Assembly (NCBI GenBank): GCA_030827545.1
Contig: JAUREG010000006.1
Span: forward strand, 87 to 64,086
Direction of reading: 5' to 3'
Length of the DNA stretch: 64,000 nucleotides
Source of the DNA: Acidimicrobiales bacterium
GTDB lineage: Bacteria; Actinomycetota; Acidimicrobiia; Acidimicrobiales; Ilumatobacteraceae
Position 1 is the first letter of the stretch. Each line of letters starts with the position of its first letter. The position numbers were made by a program, and so were the translations under genes. Below the pieces are notes generated by a model that was not told the DNA's origin, did not search any database, and saw only the letters and a list, made by a program, of their open reading frames with translations. Below, one piece after another: positions 31,121-40,469 of the stretch.

Positions 31121-32059
31121 ATGGAACTCCGCCAGTTAGAAGTACTGATCTCAATAGCCGACCACGGATCGTTCTCTGGCGCCGCCCGGGCGTTATCCAC
31201 GGTGCAAAGCAACGTCTCGGCCCATATTTCGCGCCTCGAAAAAGAGCTCACTACATCTCTTGTCGATCGCTCATCAGGTCGCCTCACCGAAGACGGCGAA
31301 TTAGTCGTCGAACGCGCCCGCCGTGTGCTCAATCAGATTCAAGACATCGCCGCCGATGTGCACTCGAAAGATTCAGAGGTCGAGGGCGAAACACTTTTGG
31401 GTTGCATCGGCACGACAGGTCGTTGGCTGATGCCAAAGTTTCTGCCACAACTCGCGTCGCAGTTTCCGAAAATTCGAGTCACCATCGCCGAAGGCAGCAC
31501 GCTCAATTTGATTCCACGCCTTTTGAATGGATCACTCGATGCGGCGATTCTGCACCTTCCAATTGAAGACGACAATTTGCTTTCAACGCCGCTCTTCGCC
31601 GAAGACTTAGTGCTGCTTGTGCACGCAAATCACGAATGGTCAAAGCTGCAAAAAATTACAATCAAAGAACTCTCTTCACGACCGTTGTTGTTGCCGCCAA
31701 AAAACAACTCGTTGCGAAAAATTCTTGATCGTGCGGCTGGTGCACAACGACTCGTGCTAACTCCACAAGCCGAAATCGACGGCGTCCGTCTTTTAACTTC
31801 GCTGGCGTTCGAAGGATTCGGCGCTGCAGTTGTGCCGGCCACCGCCGCACCAGGCTGGATAAAGGGCGAATTCAAACGCGTCGAAATACCTGAACTGCCA
31901 CGGCGAGTTGTTGGTCTCGTTCAGCGTGCTCGCCCACTGCCAAGTAAGTCGACAACTGCGATTACAACTCTCATTCGCGAAGTTGTAACTAAATATGGCG
32001 ACAAACAGCCTGGCATTCACATCGGTAAAGAAGCATTCCCGCTGAATCGCAAGCCCTAA
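31121..32059 (+). CDS. LysR-family transcriptional regulator
   Basis: N-terminal wHTH MELRQLEVLISIADHGSFSGAARALSTVQSNVSAHISRLEKEL. 312 aa with a LysR substrate-binding domain. Confidence 0.9.
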   Translation: MELRQLEVLISIADHGSFSGAARALSTVQSNVSAHISRLEKELTTSLVDRSSGRLTEDGELVVERARRVLNQIQDIAADVHSKDSEVEGETLLGCIGTTGRWLMPKFLPQLASQFPKIRVTIAEGSTLNLIPRLLNGSLDAAILHLPIEDDNLLSTPLFAEDLVLLVHANHEWSKLQKITIKELSSRPLLLPPKNNSLRKILDRAAGAQRLVLTPQAEIDGVRLLTSLAFEGFGAAVVPATAAPGWIKGEFKRVEIPELPRRVVGLVQRARPLPSKSTTAITTLIREVVTKYGDKQPGIHIGKEAFPLNRKP

Positions 32060-32073
32060 CTAGTCTTGAAGCC

Positions 32074-33420
32074 GTGACGGTTCATCTTCAACGCGCAGTC
32101 AAAGGTGCTGCCGCCGCCGAAGTTCGCTGGCTCGAAAATATCTCGCGTCGAGTCGTCTGGGTTGATGTCGACGAAACCGTTCGACGTGGCGCACTCAGCG
32201 CTGAAGCCTCCGGAGTAATTGCCCACGCCGCCGACACTGCTCGCGAAAAAGGCTTGCCACTAATCATGACCCTCGGCAGTTCGGGCGCCGACATTGTTGA
32301 AGGTGTCGCCGCACTTCACGGTTGGGGTCTCGCAGCTAAAGCAATCGCAAAATGCTCTGGCTATGTACCGATTTTCACGGTGGTCACTGGCCCCGCAGTT
32401 TCTGGGCCCGCGCTATTAATTGGCCTCAGCGACATCGTGATCATGACCAGTGAGGCATATGCATTCGTTACCGGCCCGACAATGGTTGCCGAGTTCACAG
32501 GTGTCGTTATTAGCAATGACGAACTCGGCGGATCAGACATCCACGCAAAACAAAGTGGTGTCGCACACCTTGTCGTCGCTGATCGCGAAACTGCATTTGC
32601 CGAAGTCGAACATGTCCTCTCATTTTTGCCCGACAACGTAAACGAGATTGCCGCGGCCGTCGCAACTTCAGACTCGGTCGATCGACTAACGCCTGAGGCA
32701 GGCGCTTTGATTCCAGAAAATCCAACTGGCGCTTACGACGTGAAGTCAGTAATTCGGTCAATTGCCGACGACGGCTACTTGCTTGAATTACGTGAGCGCT
32801 GGGCACCGAACATTGTCACCGGCTTAATCACGATCGGCGCGCAAAGTGTTGGCGTGGTTGCTAATCAGCCAATGAATTTGGCTGGCACGCTCGATATTCC
32901 CGCTTCACAAAAAGCTGCACGCTTCGTTGCGTTTTGCGATGCGTTTAATATTCCGATTTTGACGCTCGTCGACACGCCTGGCTTTTACCCAGGCAAAGAT
33001 CTCGAATGGCGCGGCATGATTCGCCATGGCGCTCAACTTGTTTTTGCATATGGCCGCGCAACTGTGCCGCGCGTTTGTGTGATCTTGCGTAAAAGTTATG
33101 GCGGCGCTTACATCGTCATGGACTCAAAAGAAATGGGCAACGATATTTGCCTCGCGTGGCCAACTGCCGAACTCGCAGTAATGGGTGCCGGCCAAGCGGC
33201 CGCGATCTTGCAGCGCCGAGCAACACCCGAAGAACGTCAAGAATTTGAACGCGATTATGTCGAGCGTTTATTGAACCCATACATTGCTGCCGAGCGTGGC
33301 TATGTCGACAGCGTCATCGACCCCGCCGAAAGTCGCCGAGAGATCGCCGCTGCACTCACGATGCTGAGCGATAAGCGTGAAAAGTTACAGCATCGTAAAC
33401 ACGACAACACACCGCTATAA
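32074..33420 (+). CDS. acyl-CoA carboxylase carboxyltransferase (beta) subunit family, short form
   Basis: Carboxyl-transferase blocks: SGADIVEGVAALHGWG, FVTGPTMV, ELGGSDIHAKQSGVAH, LVDTPGFYPGKDLEWRGMIRHGAQL, RKSYGGAYIVM. GTG start 14 nt after the LysR stop. At 448 aa it is shorter at the N-terminus than the typical ~500-550 aa. Confidence 0.8.
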   Translation: MTVHLQRAVKGAAAAEVRWLENISRRVVWVDVDETVRRGALSAEASGVIAHAADTAREKGLPLIMTLGSSGADIVEGVAALHGWGLAAKAIAKCSGYVPIFTVVTGPAVSGPALLIGLSDIVIMTSEAYAFVTGPTMVAEFTGVVISNDELGGSDIHAKQSGVAHLVVADRETAFAEVEHVLSFLPDNVNEIAAAVATSDSVDRLTPEAGALIPENPTGAYDVKSVIRSIADDGYLLELRERWAPNIVTGLITIGAQSVGVVANQPMNLAGTLDIPASQKAARFVAFCDAFNIPILTLVDTPGFYPGKDLEWRGMIRHGAQLVFAYGRATVPRVCVILRKSYGGAYIVMDSKEMGNDICLAWPTAELAVMGAGQAAAILQRRATPEERQEFERDYVERLLNPYIAAERGYVDSVIDPAESRREIAAALTMLSDKREKLQHRKHDNTPL

Positions 33421-33495
33421 CAGTCTCAAAAACTGGTCGTGCGACTAGATTGAATGCGGGACTGGAAGCTCCCACAACATAAAAAGGACACCACA

Positions 33496-34767
33496 ATGGC
33501 TGAAACAATCACCATTATTGATGACCGGACTGGTAAAAAAGTTACTGTTCCGATTCGAGATGGAGTTTTCCCGTCGACCGCACTGCGCGAACTTGACCCA
33601 GACTTGCGAGTTTACGACCCAGCATTTTTATCAACTGCGGCGTGTGCCTCATCGATAACTTACATCGACGGCGAAAAAGGAATCTTGCGTTATCGCGGCT
33701 ACCCGATCGAACAACTCGCAGAGAAGTCCAATTATCTCGAAGTTGCTTACTTGTTGCTGAATGGCGATCTTCCAAACGCTGAACAACTCAAGAAATGGAC
33801 ATACGACGTAACTCATCACACGATGATTCACGAGAACATGCGCAAGCGATTTGTCGACGGCTTCCACTATGACGCTCACCCGATGGGCATGTTCATCTCG
33901 GCAATCGCTGCCCTCGGCACTTTTTATCCCGAGTCAAAGGAAATTTTCGCTCCAGGCGCACTCGATAAACAGGTTCTGCGTCTAATTGCCAAAGTTCCAA
34001 CAATTGCAGCGATGTGTTATCGCTTCAGCATGGGTTTGCCGTTCGTTTCACCGAACAACTCGATGAGCTATTCAGAAAACTTTTTGAACATGATGTTCAA
34101 ACTTGGCGACGATCACACTGTTGACCCACGGCTCACAAAAGCAATGGATCTTCTGTTCATCTTGCACGCCGACCACGAACAAAACTGTGGCACAACTGCG
34201 ATGCGCGTCGTTGCGTCATCGCACGCCGACCCATTCAGCGCGATGTCTGCAGCATCGTCTGCGCTCTACGGCCCGCTTCATGGCGGGGCAAACGAAGCGG
34301 CGATCAACATGTTGCACGAAATTGGCAGCATTGACAACGTCGAATCTTTCATCAAGTCAGTAAAGGCTGGTAACGGACGCTTACAAGGTTTCGGTCACCG
34401 CGTCTATAAGAACTACGACCCTCGCGCGGCGATTATTAAGAAAGCTGCCTATGACGTATTCGATGTAACTGGCACGAACCCGATGCTTGATATCGCACTG
34501 AAACTTGAAGAAGTTGCTCTCAGCGACGACTACTTCATCTCACGCAAGCTTTATCCAAACGTTGACTTTTACTCTGGCTTGATTTATCAAGCGCTCGGTT
34601 TCCCGATCGATATGTTCACGGTTTTGTTTGCAATTCCGCGCACTGTCGGTTGGCTAAGCCACTACAACGAATTACTTAAAGATGACGCGCAAAAGATCAG
34701 TCGCCCGCGTCAGTGGTACACAGGCGTCGATCAACGCGACTATGTCGCAATCAACAAACGTCAATAA
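33496..34767 (+). CDS. gltA: citrate synthase
   Basis: GFGHRVYKNYDPRA signature and LHADHEQNCGT. ATG at 33496 is preceded by AAAAAGGA; the track start at 33454 is an extension. Confidence 0.93.
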   Translation: MAETITIIDDRTGKKVTVPIRDGVFPSTALRELDPDLRVYDPAFLSTAACASSITYIDGEKGILRYRGYPIEQLAEKSNYLEVAYLLLNGDLPNAEQLKKWTYDVTHHTMIHENMRKRFVDGFHYDAHPMGMFISAIAALGTFYPESKEIFAPGALDKQVLRLIAKVPTIAAMCYRFSMGLPFVSPNNSMSYSENFLNMMFKLGDDHTVDPRLTKAMDLLFILHADHEQNCGTTAMRVVASSHADPFSAMSAASSALYGPLHGGANEAAINMLHEIGSIDNVESFIKSVKAGNGRLQGFGHRVYKNYDPRAAIIKKAAYDVFDVTGTNPMLDIALKLEEVALSDDYFISRKLYPNVDFYSGLIYQALGFPIDMFTVLFAIPRTVGWLSHYNELLKDDAQKISRPRQWYTGVDQRDYVAINKRQ

Positions 34768-35734
34768 CAATTTTGCCGGTATTGGCGTTGCTCTCCATTA
34801 GTTGGTGAGCTTCGACGATTTGATCTAAGCCAAATCGACGGTCAATTACTGGTCGCAATTTGCCGACTGCAAATAGCGGCATCATTTCGGCGATAAATCG
34901 TTGTGTGACGGCGATCTTTTCGTCGGCAGGTCGCGGGCGCAACACCGTACCCATCAACCGCGCGCGCTTGGGCATCAGGGCACCGATATTGAACGCAGTC
35001 GACCCACCGCCCATTAATCCGACTTGCACGATCGTGCCTTTTAACGCAAGAGCCGAAACGTTGCGGTTCAAATACTCTCCGCCAATCACATCAAGAACTG
35101 CATTCACCCCTTTGCCCTTTGTGGCTTGCATAGCGACCTCAACAAAATCTGCAGTCTTATAGTCGAGCGCCAAGTCGGCACCGAGCGCCAAGCATGCGTC
35201 ACGCTTGCCAGCCGAACACGTGACAACAACATATGCGCCGATCGCCTTACAAATCTGAATCGCGGCCGTACCAACACCCGATGCGCCAGCATGAACGAGC
35301 GCCCATTGCCCTGCTTGTAGGTTCGCTTGACAAACGAGTGCGTCCCACGCGGTGATAAAAACTTCAGGTATCGCTGCCGAATTAGCCAAACCAATATTTT
35401 GTGGCACGGCGATTGCCTGCATTGCAGGCACAACTAAATATTCGGCGTATGCGCCACCACTGACTATGCCCATGACTTCGTCGCCTTCTTTCCAGGTCGT
35501 TACCAAGTCACCACATGATTCGACCGTGCCCGAAAACTCGAGACCAGGAATATCGTGCGAACCCGGAAACGGATCTGGATACAAACCGCGTCGCTGCATC
35601 AAGTCGGCGCGATTCAATGACGTCGCCCGCACCTTGACCAAAATCTCGTCGTGTTTTGGCGTTGGCTTTTCTACTTCTTTAATGCTGAGCACATCGGGGT
35701 CACCATATTTGGTGATTACAACTGCACGCATCAA
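34751..35734 (-). CDS. qor: NAD(P)H:quinone oxidoreductase (zeta-crystallin/PIG3 MDR family)
   Basis: 327 aa. MRAVVITKYGDPDVL. Cofactor fold HAGASGVGTAAIQ. Convergent 17-nt overlap with gltA. Confidence 0.8.
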   Translation of the reverse strand: MMRAVVITKYGDPDVLSIKEVEKPTPKHDEILVKVRATSLNRADLMQRRGLYPDPFPGSHDIPGLEFSGTVESCGDLVTTWKEGDEVMGIVSGGAYAEYLVVPAMQAIAVPQNIGLANSAAIPEVFITAWDALVCQANLQAGQWALVHAGASGVGTAAIQICKAIGAYVVVTCSAGKRDACLALGADLALDYKTADFVEVAMQATKGKGVNAVLDVIGGEYLNRNVSALALKGTIVQVGLMGGGSTAFNIGALMPKRARLMGTVLRPRPADEKIAVTQRFIAEMMPLFAVGKLRPVIDRRFGLDQIVEAHQLMESNANTGKIVIDVC

Positions 35735-36955
35735 CTATTTCGCCATCTTTTCAATTAGACGACGATCGACTGCTGCCAAAAACTGCTGAGTAGTCAGCCA
35801 TGGTTGGTTCTTCGACACGAGAGCCGCCAAGTCTTTGGTCATCTCGCCACCCTCGACAGTCTCAACACACACGGTTTCAAGTTTCTCGGCGAATTCGATA
35901 ACAGCAGGCGTATTGTCAAGTTTGCCGCGATGAATTAAACCGCGCGTCCAAGCAAAAATCGACGCAATCGAGTTCGTCGAAGTCTCCAAACCCTTTTGAT
36001 GGTCGCGATAGTGACGCGTCACCGTGCCGTGAGCCGCTTCAGACTCGAGCACTCGACCATCTGGAGTTGTCAAAACCGATGTCATTAAACCCAATGAACC
36101 AAAACCTTGGGCCACAATGTCAGACTGCACATCGCCGTCATAATTTTTGCAAGCCCATACATAACCGCCTTCCCAGCGCATCATGCAGGCGACCATGTCG
36201 TCGATGAGTCGATGTTCGTAAGTCAACTTGCGCTTCTCAAACTCATTCTTAAACTCTGTGTCAAATATTTCTTGAAAAATGTCCTTGAAGCGACCGTCGT
36301 AGGCCTTCAAAATCGTATTTTTAGTGCTCAAGAACACCGGATAGTTGCGTTGCAGGCCGTAATTAAAAGAGGCGCGCGCAAAACTTCGAATCGATTCATC
36401 AAAGTTATACATACCCATCACAACGCCCGAACCTTTAAAGTCGGCAACTTTCATCTCGACTGGCTTACTTCCGTCTTGCGGCACATACGTCATCGTCACT
36501 GTGCCTGCACTTGGCACTTTGAAGTCGGTCGCTTTGTATTGATCACCGTGAGCATGACGACCAATGACGATTGGCTTGTTCCAGTGCGGAACTAATTTTG
36601 GAATGTTCTTGCAGATGATCGGCTCGCGAAACACAACGCCATCCAAAATGTTGCGAATCGTGCCGTTTGGCGACTTCCACATTTGCTTCAAGTTAAATTC
36701 TTTAACTCGTGCTTCGTCAGGGGTTATCGTCGCACACTTCACGCCTACGCCGTGTTTCAAGATCGCATTTGCTGCATCAATTGTCACTTGGTCGCCTGTT
36801 GCATCACGATTTTCGATGCCCAAGTCGTAATAGTCAATGTTGATATCGAGGTACGGCAAGATCAACCGATCTTTAATGAACTTCCAGATGATCCGCGTCA
36901 TTTCGTCGCCGTCAATATCGACAACCGGATTTACAACTTTGATCTTGCTAGCCAT
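35735..36955 (-). CDS. icd: NADP-dependent isocitrate dehydrogenase, type II (eukaryote-like homodimeric)
   Basis: 406 aa with long near-identical blocks to remembered human IDH1 and Mtb Icd1: [70 protein letters not shown]. Confidence 0.95.
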   Translation of the reverse strand: MASKIKVVNPVVDIDGDEMTRIIWKFIKDRLILPYLDINIDYYDLGIENRDATGDQVTIDAANAILKHGVGVKCATITPDEARVKEFNLKQMWKSPNGTIRNILDGVVFREPIICKNIPKLVPHWNKPIVIGRHAHGDQYKATDFKVPSAGTVTMTYVPQDGSKPVEMKVADFKGSGVVMGMYNFDESIRSFARASFNYGLQRNYPVFLSTKNTILKAYDGRFKDIFQEIFDTEFKNEFEKRKLTYEHRLIDDMVACMMRWEGGYVWACKNYDGDVQSDIVAQGFGSLGLMTSVLTTPDGRVLESEAAHGTVTRHYRDHQKGLETSTNSIASIFAWTRGLIHRGKLDNTPAVIEFAEKLETVCVETVEGGEMTKDLAALVSKNQPWLTTQQFLAAVDRRLIEKMAK

Positions 36956-37023
36956 CTGACTCCGCCATTTTCGTTATTTGCTAATTCTTATTCGTTTATA
37001 AGTTACTTGTAGCGTACAACCTG

Positions 37024-38130
37024 ATGGATTTCGCATGGACATCCGAACAAGTCGCATTGCGCGAAAAAGCTCGCACGGTTGCCAAAGATGCGGTTAACAA
37101 ATACGGTCGATTCAACGACACTTGGATGAACGGATACTCGCGAGACTTCTCCCGCGAACTTGCCAAACATAAATGGATTGGCATGACATGGCCCGTCGAA
37201 TATGGCGGTGGCGGCCGACCACCAATTGAACGATTAATTGTCGGCGAAGAAATGATCAGCGCGGGCGCACCAATCGCCGCGTCTTGGTTCGCTGATCGAC
37301 AAATGGGCCCAGCGCTAATTAGTTACGGCACTAAAGCCCAACAAGATGCATTTTTACCGCAAATGTTGTCTGGCGAAACAACTTGGTGCATTGGCATGAG
37401 CGAACCAAATTCGGGTAGCGACCTCGCATCTTTGAAAACTTTCGCCGCTCGTGACGGTGACGAGTTCGTGATCAACGGCCAAAAAATCTGGACAAGCTTC
37501 GGCGAACTCGCCGACTACTGCTATCTCATCTGTCGAACCAGCAGTGACGGCTCACCGCACGAAGGCATCAGCGAAATCATCGTGCCGATGAACACGCCTG
37601 GCATTGAAGTTCGCACCATCAAAGACATGACTACAAATAGCCATTTCTGCGAAGTTTTCTACACCGATGTTCGCGTACCGGCATCAAATCTCGTCGGTGC
37701 GCTTGGTGGCGCATTCAAACAAACGATGCGACAACTCGAACACGAGCGTGGCGGCATTGATCGACTCGTTTCAAATCATGCTCTTTACAAAATGGCTCTC
37801 GAGCGCGCCGACCGAAAAGATCCGCTCGTGCGCCAAGAGATTGCGGCGCTTGAAACTGGCTACCGCATCGGGCGCATCTTGGTGATTCGCGAGGTTCTAC
37901 GTCAAGCGCCGGGCGGTTTTTCGGCAGCGACTAAGTGCTTTTGCACCGAGCACGAGTGGCGCGTTGCGCAGTTTGTCAACAAAGTTTTCGGAGCCCACGC
38001 CCTCTTGTGGGACGACATAACCCAAGGTCTCGCCTACGCATCTGCCTACACAATCATGGGCGGAACCTCGAACGTGATGCGCAACATTCTTGGCGAACGC
38101 ACCCTTGGCCTCCCCCGCGAACCGAAATAA
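37024..38130 (+). CDS. acyl-CoA dehydrogenase family protein
   Basis: 368 aa with GMSEPNSGSDLASL and QKIWTS motifs. Confidence 0.85.
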   Translation: MDFAWTSEQVALREKARTVAKDAVNKYGRFNDTWMNGYSRDFSRELAKHKWIGMTWPVEYGGGGRPPIERLIVGEEMISAGAPIAASWFADRQMGPALISYGTKAQQDAFLPQMLSGETTWCIGMSEPNSGSDLASLKTFAARDGDEFVINGQKIWTSFGELADYCYLICRTSSDGSPHEGISEIIVPMNTPGIEVRTIKDMTTNSHFCEVFYTDVRVPASNLVGALGGAFKQTMRQLEHERGGIDRLVSNHALYKMALERADRKDPLVRQEIAALETGYRIGRILVIREVLRQAPGGFSAATKCFCTEHEWRVAQFVNKVFGAHALLWDDITQGLAYASAYTIMGGTSNVMRNILGERTLGLPREPK

Positions 38131-38177
38131 CTCATTTCGATACTCGAGCCAAATCTCAAATCGTTTATTCTCGTCAT

Positions 38178-39473
38178 ATGGCTACGCATCCACTTGAGTT
38201 GTCGGCGCGAGTAATTGAGTCGGGCGTTGTTGACGAGCCATTAAATCGTGTCACCAATGAAATTACTGAACTCGCCGAAAATTTAGCGATCGTCGAAAGT
38301 TTCAGCCACAGCGCAATAATCGACACGGGCGACGGTCTGATGTGTTTCGATGCATCGGGTGCAGGCAGTGGCAAAGACGTCGTCAAATCAATTCGCTCGT
38401 GGCGCAAAGACAGAATCTCGAATTTGATTTACACCCACGGCCATGCCGATCACATTGGTGGCAGTTTCGCCTTTGCAGCCGACGCAACCGAACATAACTT
38501 TCAAAAGCCTCACGTAATTGGTCACGAAAATGTCAGCACCCGCATCGATCGTTACGAACAGACAAGCGATTGGAACATTCGCATTAACCAGCGCCAGTTC
38601 GGTGGCATCCGCAGTGACATGGGCTTAAACATCGGCGAAAATCTGCAGCGGTTTTTGCCCCGTTCGACGATGCGCCCTGATCAAACTTTTCGCGACACTC
38701 ATACTTTCACTGCAGGATCAATCAAAGTCGAGTTACATCACGCCCGCGGTGAAACAGACGACCACTTATGGGCGTGGTTGCCCGACAAAAAGTGGCTGTT
38801 CGCCGGCGACTTCGTAATCTGGAACTACCCCAACGCTGGCAACCCGCAAAAAGTGCAGCGTTACGCGTTCGAATGGGCACAAGCACTGCGGCGAATGATC
38901 GCTCAAGGCCCTGAATTACTCGTGCCAGCGCACGGATTGCCGATCGAGGGCAAAAAACGAATCGCAACAGTTCTCGACGACATCGCATCGTCGCTTGAAA
39001 GTCTCGTCACTCAGGTAATCGACATGATGAACGCGGGCGAAACTCTCGATGCGATCGTTCACACAGTGAAAGTTCCGCAACAAATTTTGGACAAACCGTA
39101 TATGCGTCCGCTTTACGACGAGCCCGAATTCGTTGTTCGAAATATCTGGCGACTTTACGGTGGCTGGTGGGATGGCGCCCCGTCTCGACTCAAACCAGCA
39201 CCCGACAGTCAAGTGGCAACCGAACTGGCAAATCTTTCTGGCGGCGCAGAAAACTTAATGAATCGCGCACTCGAATTAATGGAGAGTGGTGACATCCGCA
39301 TGGCATGTCACCTTGCCGATTTTGCAGGTTGGGCCGCACCTGAAGACCCACAAATTCATGCCAACCGCGCGACAATTTACGAACGACGTCGCAAGAGCGA
39401 ACTCTCATTGATGAGCAAGGGCATCTTCAAAGGTGCCGCCCGCGAATCGCAAGCTATCGCCGACAAAAAATAG
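38178..39473 (+). CDS. MBL-fold hydrolase, alkyl/aryl-sulfatase-like
   Basis: HxHxDH motif YTHGHADHIGG, and a C-terminal helical region resembling the alkyl-sulfatase dimerisation domain. ATG at 38178; the track ORF from 37935 is an in-frame extension over the upstream gene. Confidence 0.7.
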   Translation: MATHPLELSARVIESGVVDEPLNRVTNEITELAENLAIVESFSHSAIIDTGDGLMCFDASGAGSGKDVVKSIRSWRKDRISNLIYTHGHADHIGGSFAFAADATEHNFQKPHVIGHENVSTRIDRYEQTSDWNIRINQRQFGGIRSDMGLNIGENLQRFLPRSTMRPDQTFRDTHTFTAGSIKVELHHARGETDDHLWAWLPDKKWLFAGDFVIWNYPNAGNPQKVQRYAFEWAQALRRMIAQGPELLVPAHGLPIEGKKRIATVLDDIASSLESLVTQVIDMMNAGETLDAIVHTVKVPQQILDKPYMRPLYDEPEFVVRNIWRLYGGWWDGAPSRLKPAPDSQVATELANLSGGAENLMNRALELMESGDIRMACHLADFAGWAAPEDPQIHANRATIYERRRKSELSLMSKGIFKGAARESQAIADKK

Positions 39474-39507
39474 CATCCGCGAAAGAGCGAACTCACGAAA
39501 CAAATTG

Positions 39508-39580
39508 TGGGCGCGACGGGGCTTGAACCCGGGACCTCCACCATGTCGAGGTGGCGCTCTACCAACTGAGCTACACGCCC
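39508..39580 (-). tRNA. tRNA-Val (anticodon GAC), CCA not encoded
   Basis: Hand-folded cloverleaf: GGGCGTG/TA/GCTC-AGTTGGTA-GAGC/G/CCACC-TCGACAT-GGTGG/AGGTC/CCGGG-TTCAAGC-CCCGT/CGCGCCC/A. Anomalies are C at position 33 and a C49.U65 mismatch. Confidence 0.85.
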
Positions 39581-39668
39581 TTATTAGACGCTAAGCATAG
39601 CGTGCTGGTTTGTCACTCAAAAGGTTGAAGTGCGACAATAGAAGTCGCACAAACGAAACAGGGGTTGT

Positions 39669-40469
39669 ATGTCGAAATTAACTCTCAAAGATCTTTTCGC
39701 CGCAAAAGGCAAACGACATTTGACACAAGTTTTTGTGCGCACCCCACGCGAGGCCGCGGCATGCGAAGAAGCAGGCATTGACATGCTCGTCGCTGCCGAA
39801 CTTCACGACGGTCAATCAAGTGACTATGTCGGCATTCGCAAAGCAGCACCAAATACATTTCTCACAATTGGTTTGGCAGTCAATACATACTCAGGGCACA
39901 CCGAAGTTATGCGCAATGCATACCGATTGATGGGCGTAGGTGCCGACACGCTTTATTGCGGATACGGCATACCAACGATCAAGGCACTCGCCGACGAGTA
40001 CATCCCCGTAGTCGGCCACGTCGGTCTTGTGCCCTATCGAAATTCGTGGTTCGGCGGCATGAAAGCAGTCGGCAAAACAAGCGCCGAAGCTTTGCGTGTT
40101 TACGAACTCACAAAACAATATGAAGACGCCGGCGCTGTTGGCGTCGAAATGGAAGTCGTGCCAGCAGAAGTCGCCACAGAAATTTCAAAGCGCACGAAAA
40201 TGCTGATCATCGGCATGGGCGCTGGCATCAACTGCGATGTGCAATATCTCTTCGCCACCGACATTCTCGGCGACAACGAGGGTCACGTACCGCGGCACTC
40301 AAAGGTCTACCGCGACTTCAAGACCGAATATCACCGACTGCACCGCGAATCAGTTGCGGCATTCAAAGAATTTCGCAGTGACGTGCTCACAGGTGCCTAC
40401 CCTGCTGACCACAACAACGTGACAATCGATAAAAAAGAGTTCGACGCGTTTCTTAAAGCAATTAAATAG
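39669..40469 (+). CDS. ketopantoate hydroxymethyltransferase (PanB) family protein, divergent
   Basis: Blocks similar to E. coli PanB: VVGHVGLVPYRNSWFGGMKAVGKT, IGMGAGINCDVQYLFATDILG, GAYPADHN. The canonical N-terminal GDSLGM block is replaced by AAELHDGQ. Confidence 0.65.
   Translation: MSKLTLKDLFAAKGKRHLTQVFVRTPREAAACEEAGIDMLVAAELHDGQSSDYVGIRKAAPNTFLTIGLAVNTYSGHTEVMRNAYRLMGVGADTLYCGYGIPTIKALADEYIPVVGHVGLVPYRNSWFGGMKAVGKTSAEALRVYELTKQYEDAGAVGVEMEVVPAEVATEISKRTKMLIIGMGAGINCDVQYLFATDILGDNEGHVPRHSKVYRDFKTEYHRLHRESVAAFKEFRSDVLTGAYPADHNNVTIDKKEFDAFLKAIK

Noticed and set aside
37935-38177. In-frame upstream extension of the MBL/alkylsulfatase-like ORF over the 3' end of the acyl-CoA dehydrogenase gene.
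   Set aside because: The translation (MLLHRARVARCAVCQQSFRSPRPLVGRH...) is not protein-like. ATG at 38178 follows the upstream stop and begins the recognisable domain.
39393-39494. 12-nt direct repeat AAGAGCGAACTC (39393-39404 and 39483-39494) next to tRNA-Val, considered as possible att sites of an integrated element.
   Set aside because: It is too short. One copy lies inside the MBL gene, and only 78 nt lie between the copies. No integrase or foreign-looking genes flank the tRNA.
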